This document shows, piece after piece, positions 29,658-38,417 of a stretch of 64,000 bases of DNA. The stretch is taken from positions 44,658 to 108,657 of the forward strand of contig JAXMNT010000024.1 of NCBI GenBank assembly GCA_034670305.1, read 5' to 3'. The notes beneath the pieces are model-generated. The model searched no databases. It was not told the DNA's origin and saw only the letters and a program-made list of their open reading frames with translations. The first letter of the stretch is position 1. Every line of letters begins with the position of its first letter. The DNA is from Deltaproteobacteria bacterium (GTDB lineage Bacteria; Myxococcota_A; Polyangia; Polyangiales; Houyiibacteriaceae). The position numbers and the translations under genes are program-made.

Positions 29658-31334
29658 ATGATCCGTGGGCTGTGGAACCTCCTCAAACTTCCGCTGCTCC
29701 CCTTGTGGTGGGTTGGACGCGCGGTGGGACGACCCCGCGGAGGTTGGCTGCACGTCAAGATCCGGCCGTCGGTCGTCGAGATGCAGGATCCCAAACGGTC
29801 GTTGCTCCGCCTCCTGCCAGGATTCGAGAAAAGCCTGCCAACGTCGCTGACGACACTGCGCAGGCTGGCTGACCACGCAGCCGAGGACGACGGCGTGCGC
29901 GGGGTGCTGTTCACACTTCCCCGGATCCAGACCAGTTGGGCGCTCGCCGAAGGGCTGCGCAACCTGATCGCCCGGCTGAGCGCCAGCGGGACGAAGGTCG
30001 CGGTCTACCTCCCGGATGGCGCGGGCCACCTCGAGCTCTTCGTGGCTTCGGCCGCGGGCCGCATCCTCATGCCGCCCCAGGCAACCCTCGTGACACTCGG
30101 CCTTGGCGCAGAGGTTCGCTACTACAAGGGCCTGCTCGACAAGGTCGGCGTGGGCATCGAACCGTTCGCGCGGGCGGAGTACAAGACCGCGGCCGAGTCG
30201 TTGTCCAAGGACGCGATGAGCGATCCGCAACGCGAACAGCTGGGGGCGCTGCTCGACACCCTGGACGGCGCGTTGCGCTCCGCGCTCGCCAAGCGCGGCC
30301 TCGATGCGGCGGCGGTCGACGAAGTCTTCGAAGCGGGCATGATCCGCGGGGAAGCCGCGATCGCCCGCGGGCTGATCGACGCCGTCTGCTACGACGACGA
30401 GTTGCCGCTTCACGTCGATCCCGGCGGGAAGGTGAAGTTGATGGCGGGGGGGCGCTTCCTCGCGTTCAAAGACGCCCGCTTCTTCCGTCGCGTGCTCTCC
30501 CGGCCGTCGATCGGCGTGGTCGCGGTCCACGGCGGCATCGGACCGGGTCGCCGAGCGGACCAGATCGTCGCGTCGCTCCGAATCGCCCGCAAGGATCCGC
30601 AGATCAAGGGCGTGATTCTCCACATCGACTCCCCCGGAGGCTCCGCGCTCACGAGCGACCTGATCCACCGTGAAGTGATCCGCCTCAAGGAGAAGAAGCC
30701 GGTCGTGGCGTGCTTCTCCGGGGTCGCTGCGAGCGGTGGCTACTACATCGGGGTCGCCGCGGACGCCATCGTGGCCGAACCAACCACCATCACCGGCTCC
30801 ATTGGCGTCGTTGCGGCGCGGCTCGTCGCCCGGCAGTTGCTCGACAGCCTCGGAGTCAAGACCGAGGTCGTACGCAAAGCCCCCCACGCCGACATGTTCT
30901 CGCCGGCGCGCGAGATGGACGCGTCCGAGCGGGCGATCCTCGACCGCGAACTGGACGAGTTCTACTCGGAGTTCGTGGACATCGTCGCAACCGGTCGCGG
31001 ACGGGATGCGAAGGAGATCGAGCCGCTTGCCCGAGGCCGGGTCTGGTCCGGTACCGCGGCCAAAGAGCGTGGGCTCGTCGATGTGCTCGGCGGTATGGAC
31101 GCCGCGATCGAACAGGTGCGCGAGCGCGTGGGTCGCGGCGGCGCCAAGCTGCCGGCCCGGCTTCTCATCCCCCGCCGGTCGGACGTTCCGCCCGCCGAAC
31201 CCCGCGCCGCGGCGGCTGCGATGGTCAGCCAGACCCTCGAAGCGATCGCCCCCGGAGCCTCCATGGCGCTCGAGCTGGCGACGACCGGAGAACGTTTCCT
31301 CTACCTCGCCCCCGGCATCCCCACGATTCGCTGA
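29658..31334 (+). CDS. sppA: signal peptide peptidase SppA (S49 family, two domains)
   Basis: EYKTAAE, IDSPGGSA, AASGGYY, TITGSIGV, ARGRVWSG, GLVDVLGG. Confidence 0.93.
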   Translation: MIRGLWNLLKLPLLPLWWVGRAVGRPRGGWLHVKIRPSVVEMQDPKRSLLRLLPGFEKSLPTSLTTLRRLADHAAEDDGVRGVLFTLPRIQTSWALAEGLRNLIARLSASGTKVAVYLPDGAGHLELFVASAAGRILMPPQATLVTLGLGAEVRYYKGLLDKVGVGIEPFARAEYKTAAESLSKDAMSDPQREQLGALLDTLDGALRSALAKRGLDAAAVDEVFEAGMIRGEAAIARGLIDAVCYDDELPLHVDPGGKVKLMAGGRFLAFKDARFFRRVLSRPSIGVVAVHGGIGPGRRADQIVASLRIARKDPQIKGVILHIDSPGGSALTSDLIHREVIRLKEKKPVVACFSGVAASGGYYIGVAADAIVAEPTTITGSIGVVAARLVARQLLDSLGVKTEVVRKAPHADMFSPAREMDASERAILDRELDEFYSEFVDIVATGRGRDAKEIEPLARGRVWSGTAAKERGLVDVLGGMDAAIEQVRERVGRGGAKLPARLLIPRRSDVPPAEPRAAAAAMVSQTLEAIAPGASMALELATTGERFLYLAPGIPTIR

Positions 31335-31523
31335 TTCGGGCTTGAAATCATAGGGCTTTTGTCTCTCTGACCCCGCGCTCACTTGCACGTGCAGTGGAGC
31401 TGTCAAACGGGCCTTTGCCGCTCCTCACGGACCCGTCTTGATGGTCTGTGCGGCACCTGAGAGGGTTCCCCCGTCACCAAGGGGTCTGCCCCGGGGTGCC
31501 TTGGGGGATGAGGAAATCCGAAC

Positions 31524-31805
31524 GTGCTCTCACTACGCAAATTGACCGACTCTGCCACCGACTGGCGCCGTTTCCTGCATGCCGAGCCCATCGGCGAATC
31601 CGACGTCCAGCGCCTCAGCTGGACCGAGATCTCCCGCCGCCCCGAGTTCGAGGGCCGCTGGGTCGCACTGCACGACTGCCGCTTCGACGAGCGCACCGGT
31701 CGCGCCACCGAGGGCGACCTCGTGGACGCGGACGAGGACCTGTCCACGCTCTGCGCCCGGGTTCAGGACCGCTGGAAGAACTGCGCGATCCTCTTCGTGC
31801 ACTGA
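31524..31805 (+). CDS. small hypothetical protein
   Basis: GC3-rich codons; LSWTEI..EFEGRWVAL..C..GDLVDADEDL..LC; start uncertain. Confidence 0.6.
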   Translation: MLSLRKLTDSATDWRRFLHAEPIGESDVQRLSWTEISRRPEFEGRWVALHDCRFDERTGRATEGDLVDADEDLSTLCARVQDRWKNCAILFVH

Positions 31806-31815
31806 TTTCCTGACG

Positions 31816-32098
31816 CTACGGGCCTGGCTCGCTTCGCTCGACTGGCGGCCCTGCGTTCTGGCGTCGCAAGGCCTGGCTCTGAGCACCTTCACGTGCTCGC
31901 CGCCTGTTCGTTGGGGTCACTGAAAAGGCATCTGGGGCACTTGGCGGCTGTGCGCGGTGAAGGCACTCCCGCCGCCTCTACGACTCACTTGGGGAGTGCA
32001 CCAGTTGCTCGGCCTGCGGCCTGCGCAGGTGACGGGTGGAGTCGCCTGACTCGCTGGCGCTGTTCGTGCCTGGCTCGCTTCGCTCGACTGGCGGCCCT
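31816..32098. repeat. modular palindromic repeat element, copy A
   Basis: Three hairpin modules homologous to 36878..37375; module H1 present at both ends. Confidence 0.85.
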
Positions 32099-32681
32099 AG
32101 CGGCTCGAGAGCAGGGTGTTCAAGCGGCCACGCCGCATTCGGTGGTGGAGCTCGACCGCGAACGTGAAGCCGGCGAAGGCCAGCATCATGATCCCGGTCG
32201 GCACCATGCCGATGCGCAGGTGGACGAGACCGAAGACCAGCAGCCAGACCGCGGCCATGCGCGACCAGGTCTCGGAGGGAATGCCCGAAAGGTCGAAACG
32301 CGGGGTCCGGTAGAGAGCGGCGACGAACTCGTCGATCCGTGGGTCCTGAATCGGGGCGACCGCGTCGCCCGTCCGGTGGAGGGGCACGCCGCAGCGGTGG
32401 CACTCGAGCCCATGGTCGAACCGGTCACCGCAACTGCGACAGCTGAGCGGGGCTTCCGCGACGGTGGCCCGCACTTCCGCAACGCCGGTACGGATCCGCT
32501 TCAAGGCCCGGACGAAGCTGGCGTGGGCCTGCTTGAACGTCTCTTCCGCAGCGGGATCACCAGGGTTGGCGTCTGGATGGAGTCGTCGGGCGAGGCGGCG
32601 CCAGCTGGCGCGGAGGGTGGGTTCGTCCTGAATGTGCGCGAATCGGCTGGCCATCGTCTCTCCCTGAAGCACGTCCGACAT
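32097..32681 (-). CDS. J-domain protein with zinc ribbon and C-terminal TM segments
   Basis: LRASWRRLARRLHPDANPGDPAAEETFK (HPD motif); CRSC..CHRC; two hydrophobic helices. Confidence 0.75.
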   Translation of the reverse strand: MSDVLQGETMASRFAHIQDEPTLRASWRRLARRLHPDANPGDPAAEETFKQAHASFVRALKRIRTGVAEVRATVAEAPLSCRSCGDRFDHGLECHRCGVPLHRTGDAVAPIQDPRIDEFVAALYRTPRFDLSGIPSETWSRMAAVWLLVFGLVHLRIGMVPTGIMMLAFAGFTFAVELHHRMRRGRLNTLLSSR

Positions 32682-32806
32682 CGCCCACCCCGAAAGGTTC
32701 CCCGAAAGGTTCGTTGGAGGGATGGGGATTGTTCGACTTGGCTGAGCGTCGACGCGTTGGGGTGCCCAACACAGCGATTCTACGCTGCCGATCGCCCCGA
32801 ACTCCC

Positions 32807-34804
32807 CTACATCGGTCCCATGGGGACTTCGATGCGGGGCGGCACGAGGAAGTAGACCAGCCGTGAGTCGAGCGGAGAGCCGTCCCCGAACACCGTGAGG
32901 CGGGCCCGGTAGACGAGAGGCGAGGTGGCCGGCTCCTGGAAGTCGTTCATCACCGGCACGACGTCCCAGCACACGTCCGTGCCCGGTGTCAGGGCGGGGA
33001 ACGCGTCGTCGTGCCCGTCCGCGTCGGTGTCCTCGGTCGCGAGGCCTGCGGTGCAGCGCCCGACGCCGCTCGTGTTGGTCTCCAGGTAGTCGATGAAGCG
33101 CAGGGCGTCCCCATCGTCCTCCGGCTCGTCCGTCGGTTCGATGGTGACCCGGATCGGTACGCCATTGACGATCTCGTTGATGGCGCCCGTCACCGCGGCG
33201 CGCACCGCGGCACCGTCTCCGTCGAAGACCAGCGGGCTGCCATCGGAGGCAAGGGAGTCGCTCTCGGTGGCGATCGAACGGAGGTTGGCGCGTGGCTCGT
33301 GGCCGGAGTCCGCGTCGACCCCGACGAAGGTGATCGACTGAGCGAGCAGCCGGGAACCAGCCGCCGCCGCGCTGTCGACCGCGCCGCAGCTGCACTCGTC
33401 CTGTTCGTCGGTGATGGTGACCAGGATGCGGACCGCTTCTTCGCGGTACCGAGGACAACCGATGGTCCCGGAACCACCGCATCGGGCCCCGCTGCATGCG
33501 GTCGGATCCGCCACGCATGCGACCGACTGGTACAGGCTCTCGTTGGCGCCGCCGCCGCTGGCCGAACCGGGGATCGCGCTCTGGGTGCTCGCCGGGTTCG
33601 GCTGGATGCCGAGCAGGTTGCGGTAGCTGTTGCCGTTCCCCTCGTAGGTTCCGACCCCTGTGTACACGGAGGCCACGCAGGAGCTCATGCCTGGGTCGGC
33701 GATGCAGGTGCCTTCGAAGCTGCACACCTGGCCGGCCGCGCACATGTCGTCTCCCATGCAGGGCGTGCCGAAGTCCTCGCACGTCAGATCGGAGATGATG
33801 TCTCGAACCGCGCTGCGCATCGCGCTGATCTCACCGTCCATCGATCCGGTGGTGTCGAACAAGAAGTACACGTCCGCGATCTGGATGTTGGTCCGGAACT
33901 CGAGCGTGTCGCGGTCCGGGGTCGGGGCCTCCTCGAACGGCACGACGAACACGAAGTCGCCGCGCGTGCGCGGGTTGTCGTCGGCGGCGAGCGGGTCGGT
34001 GCCGGCCGCGATCTCGATCAGATCGCTGACGCCGTCGCCATCGCTGTCCCCGTCCACCCTGGACGTGCCGGCGATGCGCTCGTCCAGGTCGCTCACCCCA
34101 TCGTTGTCGGAGTCCGGGTCCCGGAAGTCGGGGATGCCGTCCATGTCCGTGTCGACCGGAGGCGTGCTCAACTCGCGGTCGCCGGCTTCGTCGGCGTCGG
34201 ACACACCATCTGCGTCGCTGTCCAGGTCCGCCACGTCCAGGATGCCGTCCGCGTCGGTGTCCAGGTCGCGCTCGTCGCCATCCATGATCGTGTCGTCGTC
34301 CGAGTCGGGATCCTTGAAGTCGGGGATGCCGTCTCCGTCTGTGTCCACCCCAGGCCCACCGAGCGCGAGTTCCGCCGCGTCGTTCACGCGGTCGTTGTCG
34401 TCGTCGAGGTCCGCGAAATCGGGGCGGCCGTCGCCGTCCGAGTCCGCGACCGACTCTTCGAAGTCGAGGATCCCGTTGTCGTCGGAGTCTTCGTCCCGGA
34501 AGTCCGGGGTGCCGTCCGCGTCCGCATCCCGCGGAGGGGTGCGTGGGTCGTCGTCGCCCGCTTCGACCGAGTCGGAGATCCCATCCCCGTCGGAATCGAG
34601 ATCTTGGTAGTCGGGGGTTCCGTCTCCATCGGTGTCCGTCCCGTCCCGCCGACCTTCGTCCTCGTCCGAGATCCCGTCGCCGTCCTCGTCCTCATCGCTT
34701 CCAGGGGCATCGACCATGCCTCCGCCATCCCGTCCCGGGGTGCCGGGTGGGGCAGGCGAGCATGCAAACGCGAGCACGAACACGAAGAGAAAGCCGTTCC
34801 GCAT
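32807..34804 (-). CDS. CglD-like lipoprotein: thrombospondin type-3 Ca-binding repeats plus VWA domain
   Basis: Lipobox AFAC; many DxDxDGxPDFxDxDSDxDG repeats; DVYFLFDTTGSM MIDAS-like motif; ITDE. Confidence 0.82.
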   Translation of the reverse strand: MRNGFLFVFVLAFACSPAPPGTPGRDGGGMVDAPGSDEDEDGDGISDEDEGRRDGTDTDGDGTPDYQDLDSDGDGISDSVEAGDDDPRTPPRDADADGTPDFRDEDSDDNGILDFEESVADSDGDGRPDFADLDDDNDRVNDAAELALGGPGVDTDGDGIPDFKDPDSDDDTIMDGDERDLDTDADGILDVADLDSDADGVSDADEAGDRELSTPPVDTDMDGIPDFRDPDSDNDGVSDLDERIAGTSRVDGDSDGDGVSDLIEIAAGTDPLAADDNPRTRGDFVFVVPFEEAPTPDRDTLEFRTNIQIADVYFLFDTTGSMDGEISAMRSAVRDIISDLTCEDFGTPCMGDDMCAAGQVCSFEGTCIADPGMSSCVASVYTGVGTYEGNGNSYRNLLGIQPNPASTQSAIPGSASGGGANESLYQSVACVADPTACSGARCGGSGTIGCPRYREEAVRILVTITDEQDECSCGAVDSAAAAGSRLLAQSITFVGVDADSGHEPRANLRSIATESDSLASDGSPLVFDGDGAAVRAAVTGAINEIVNGVPIRVTIEPTDEPEDDGDALRFIDYLETNTSGVGRCTAGLATEDTDADGHDDAFPALTPGTDVCWDVVPVMNDFQEPATSPLVYRARLTVFGDGSPLDSRLVYFLVPPRIEVPMGPM

Positions 34805-34900
34805 GACGGCAAGGGTACTGGTTTCAAAGGCCGCCGGCCGTTGTCGGCACGAATTGATAGACATGCCGACCTGTTCGCACATTTCAGCCGTCGGTTGCGG

Positions 34901-35647
34901 TCAGACCCGGAACGCTGCGAGCGCGAAGAAAGGGTCCCCGATCAGGCGTTTCTTGCCCCGCAACAGCTCGTTGTGTTGCCCCACCACGTCCCGGCAGGCT
35001 CGAACCACCTGCTCGGCGGGGGTCTCGTGCTTGAGGAACTCGGCCAGCTGGGCATCCGACGCGCGGGCCATGCCCATCACGCCCTGGTGCTGCAGCATCA
35101 CGAGATCCCCCGTGGAGACGGTGACCTCCATCAGGTTGGGCACCCAGGGTCCCTCCCGCTGCCCATAGCTCGAGACCACGTACGGAAGCGGGTTGCCTGG
35201 GGTCTGAAGGCAGGTCCGATGCAGTCCGCGGTAGCCAAGAACCAGTGTGTCGATGGACCCGAGCCAGCCCACACGGAGTCGGTTGCCTTCCAGAACGGCG
35301 ACGGCCAACGAGGCCGACGGCCCGCCCACCATGTCGTCTTCGGGGTGGGGCTTGGCGCCTTCCAGGAACGCGGCGCGGACCAGGCCGAACAGCCCGACCA
35401 TGCCTGGGAGCGCGGCGGTCCGGTAGTCCTCGCCGCGGACCCAGCGGTGCACGGCGTCGAGCATCGGTGCGGAGATGGTCGCCGCCCCGGAATCCCAGCC
35501 GCACGTGCTCGCGGAGCTGGCAGCGACGACGAGGCGCTGGCCATCCGAGAAGACCCGGACGAAGTCGGTCGCGGAGGTGTCGTTGACGGCAAACCACACG
35601 CCATCCTGGTGATGCAGGGGCGCGTCGGCGGTGTCTAGATGGGACAT
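34901..35647 (-). CDS. PP2C-fold-like protein lacking the catalytic aspartates
   Basis: ASLAVAVLEGNRLRVGWLGS, VSTGDLVMLQHQGV and GDPFFALAAFRV align by eye with PP2C motifs. Confidence 0.55.
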   Translation of the reverse strand: MSHLDTADAPLHHQDGVWFAVNDTSATDFVRVFSDGQRLVVAASSASTCGWDSGAATISAPMLDAVHRWVRGEDYRTAALPGMVGLFGLVRAAFLEGAKPHPEDDMVGGPSASLAVAVLEGNRLRVGWLGSIDTLVLGYRGLHRTCLQTPGNPLPYVVSSYGQREGPWVPNLMEVTVSTGDLVMLQHQGVMGMARASDAQLAEFLKHETPAEQVVRACRDVVGQHNELLRGKKRLIGDPFFALAAFRV

Positions 35648-35654
35648 CCCGAAC

Positions 35655-36821
35655 TCAATCGAGCGCCGTGCGCAGCAAGAGCAGCACCGCGAACGCCTCG
35701 AGCGCGTCCCGGATGTCGATCGGACTCCCGTCCCGAGCCCGCCGCACGATCTTTCGGAACGCCAGCCAGCGCACACCCGGCACGCCGAGCCAAGGAACCA
35801 GCAGCGCGCCCTGGTCGACCGGGCTGCCCGCGTCGCGCGCCACCGCCCGGAGCACGTCGCCCACGAGTCCGTCGACCCGGACGATCGCATCCGACAACCT
35901 CGCGGCGGCCAGGTCGGCTTCGATCTGGCGTATCGCTTCTCCCTGCGCATCGGGAAAGAGCGGCGCCCAACTCGGGCCGGGAGGCGACGCACGAAACGGA
36001 ATCGAAGAACGGCTCAAAGCCTGGCCGCCACCACCAGGACGTGGCGCGGACTTCAAGGGTTCCACGGCGGAGGGGAACGTGGAGTTGCCGACGGGCAAGG
36101 TCCCCTGGGCGATGGCCCGCTCAATGCTCGTTTTCCAGACGGCTTCCGTGGCCGCACCGATCTGTTCCTCGAGCGCCTTTTCTGCGCGTGAGAACTCGGG
36201 GGACTCCGGTGCCGACTTCTGGGGTCCGCCGAGCACACCCCGGGCCTCGAGGTCGTCGAGCGATGCCTGCACGAGCACATCGAGCGCCGTCATCACCCCG
36301 TCGCCGTCCGTCGCGATGGTCCCAAAGCTCGGTCGGCCATCCGGGTTGAGAGAGCGGTTCAGTTCGTCCAGCCCCATCACGCCGGGCAGGTCGCGTTTGT
36401 TGAACTGGAAGACGATTGGCGTGTCTTCGAGGCTCCGCCCCTGCTCCGAGAGGTTCTGGACGAGGTTCTCCATGCTCTCGAGGTTGGCGTCGAACCGTTC
36501 GCGCTGCGAGTCCGCGACGAACACCAGTCCGTCCACGCCGGTGAGCACCAGCTTGCGGGTCGCATTGAAGTAGACCTGGCCCGGGACCGTGAAGAGCTGT
36601 AGCCGGACGTGATGCTCCCGGACCTCGTGGGCCCGCAACGGCAGAAAGTCGAAGTACAAGGTGCGGTCCACCGGGGTCGCGAGGCTCACCAGCTGTCCAC
36701 GAGACTCCGGTGGGGAGGCGGCATGAATGTGCTGTAGAGAGGTCGTCTTTCCGCCGAGACCAGGTCCGTAGTAGACCAGCTTGACCAGCAACTCCCGAGT
36801 GAGTGGATTGACTTGGGCCAC
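35655..36821 (-). CDS. MglA-family small GTPase paralog with a long C-terminal extension (SofG-like)
   Basis: KLVYYGPGLGGKTT, PVDRTLYFDFLP, TVPGQVY, FNKRD; about 190 extra C-terminal residues. Confidence 0.88.
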   Translation of the reverse strand: MAQVNPLTRELLVKLVYYGPGLGGKTTSLQHIHAASPPESRGQLVSLATPVDRTLYFDFLPLRAHEVREHHVRLQLFTVPGQVYFNATRKLVLTGVDGLVFVADSQRERFDANLESMENLVQNLSEQGRSLEDTPIVFQFNKRDLPGVMGLDELNRSLNPDGRPSFGTIATDGDGVMTALDVLVQASLDDLEARGVLGGPQKSAPESPEFSRAEKALEEQIGAATEAVWKTSIERAIAQGTLPVGNSTFPSAVEPLKSAPRPGGGGQALSRSSIPFRASPPGPSWAPLFPDAQGEAIRQIEADLAAARLSDAIVRVDGLVGDVLRAVARDAGSPVDQGALLVPWLGVPGVRWLAFRKIVRRARDGSPIDIRDALEAFAVLLLLRTALD

Positions 36822-36877
36822 GAGGTCGCGAGCGTGCACCGCGAGCGCTCAGACATCAACGGGCTTCCTTATTGCCA

Positions 36878-37375
36878 CTACGGGCCTGGCCCGCTTCGCG
36901 GGACTGGCGGCCCTAATTCGCGCCCGTCGCTGCGTGCACGTGCTCGCCGCCCATGCACTTGGAGGTGTTGAAGAAGCACTTGGAGCATCTGGCGGCTGCG
37001 CGCGTCCACGCGCTCCTATCGGCGCTCTCGGGGCCCACTTGGAGAGTGCACCAGTTGCTCGGCCTGCGGCCTGCGCAGGTGCACGGGTGGAGTTTGATTT
37101 CTTGGTACGACGGGCCTGGCCCGCTTCGCGGGACTGGCGGCCCTAATTCGCGCCCTTGTTTTTCGGCGGGGGAAGGGTTCCCCCTCCGCCCGTTGGGCTC
37201 CTCCCCACCTGGGCTGCGTGCACGTGCTCGCCGCCCATGCACTTGGAGGTGTTGAAGAAGCACTTGGAGCATCTGGCGGCTGCGCGCGTCCACGCGCTCC
37301 TATGCCTGGGGGCACGGCCCCCAAACCCCGTCCCGGTGACACGGCTGGCTCGCTTCGCTCGGCTGCACCGTGTCG
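36878..37375. repeat. modular palindromic repeat element, copy B (internally duplicated)
   Basis: Exact 91-bp duplication (36929-37019 = 37213-37303); about 46-bp duplication (starting 36880 and 37110); homology to copy A. Confidence 0.9.
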
Positions 37376-37493
37376 GTTCGGCGCTTGCTGGGGGCGAATG
37401 GGTGGGTTCTGACGCAACCCTCCACCCGGCTGGAGGTTTGCGCTATCGTCCGCCCGGCCCCGCGTGGGGTGGAACAGGACGAGGACAGGTCAG

Positions 37494-38096
37494 ATGCGTG
37501 TCATTGATGGTTGGAAGATGGGGCTGCTGGGCGTCGTCGCGATGTGTGTGGGATGCGGCGGCGGGAGCGCGAACCTGACAATTGGCGTCATGCCAGAGGG
37601 CGGGAGTTTCCACGGCGTCTGGCAGTCGCCGCAATACGGCAACATGCACCTGTGCCAGACCGGCTCGCAGGTGGTCGGCGACTACGAGAAGGACGAACGG
37701 CGCGGTCGCATCCAGGGCACGATCCAAGGCGACACGCTGCGCTTCACCTGGGAGGAGCAGCGCCAAATGGTCATCGGGCGGACCCAGACCACGCGTGGTC
37801 GCGGCTACTTCCAGATGACCCGCCGGCAGGACAACGACCTTTTCATCACCGGTGAATGGGGCGTCGACGATTCCGAGACCGGCGGCGGTCCGTGGAACGG
37901 TGTGAAGATGCGACGCGGTGCGCCAGAACGCTGTGTCGCGGCCAGCGATCAGGGTGGATCCAGCAGCGGCGATGGCTACGACGACTACGGCGACGACGAC
38001 TACGACGACGGCAGCGCCGTCGACAGCGGCGGCGGCGGCGGTGCGTATCAAGAAGACGCGGACACGGACGACCTCGAAGGTCTGGACGACTTCTGA
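37494..38096 (+). CDS. hypothetical lipoprotein with a beta-rich domain and acidic tail
   Basis: CVGC lipobox-like; SFHGVWQSPQYGNMHL; GEWG; D/G-rich C-terminus. Confidence 0.75.
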   Translation: MRVIDGWKMGLLGVVAMCVGCGGGSANLTIGVMPEGGSFHGVWQSPQYGNMHLCQTGSQVVGDYEKDERRGRIQGTIQGDTLRFTWEEQRQMVIGRTQTTRGRGYFQMTRRQDNDLFITGEWGVDDSETGGGPWNGVKMRRGAPERCVAASDQGGSSSGDGYDDYGDDDYDDGSAVDSGGGGGAYQEDADTDDLEGLDDF

Positions 38097-38098
38097 TC

Positions 38099-38293
38099 AT
38101 GGCCGAGACCGTGTTCAAGAAGGCGTCGGGTGGTGACTGGGTGGAGGCCTCCACCCACGCCGACCAGGAAGAAGCACTGGCCGCCGGCAAGGCACTGTTG
38201 CTCAGCGACAAGAGTGTGGAGCGGGTGCGGGTGGCCGGTGAGGTGTTCGCGCGTGGGCCAGGCGGCATCGTCATCGAAGTCATGAGCGACTGA
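38099..38293 (+). CDS. small hypothetical protein (64 aa)
   Basis: ATG begins 3 nt after the upstream stop; plausible globular sequence. Confidence 0.55.
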   Translation: MAETVFKKASGGDWVEASTHADQEEALAAGKALLLSDKSVERVRVAGEVFARGPGGIVIEVMSD

Positions 38294-38417
38294 CGGCCCG
38301 AAGCCGTGCCAGCGCGAAGGAAGTTGGGGAGGGGCTCTGCCCCGAACAGGTCGGAGGGAGATGCGCCCGTCCCCCGCGGACAACAAACGCATTGCGCGTG
38401 GTGGTAGGCTCGCGGGC

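Noticed and set aside
31335-31520. Possible ncRNA or riboswitch downstream of sppA
   Set aside because: Hairpin-rich, but matches no consensus I can recognise
33011-35638. Long antisense or alternate-frame ORFs (also 7571-10198, 19039-21630, 53461-55059 and similar)
   Set aside because: Shadow ORFs typical of high-GC DNA; they overlap well-supported genes and have no motifs
36953-37255. Short ORF MHLEVLKKHLEHLAAAR, similar to LGSLKRHLGHLAAVR in copy A
   Set aside because: The reading frame is not conserved between copies beyond this stretch, and stem pairing explains the conservation better; a coding origin is not fully excluded
36878-37375. CRISPR array
   Set aside because: Repeats are long, of several types and irregularly spaced; there are no unique equal-length spacers and no cas genes
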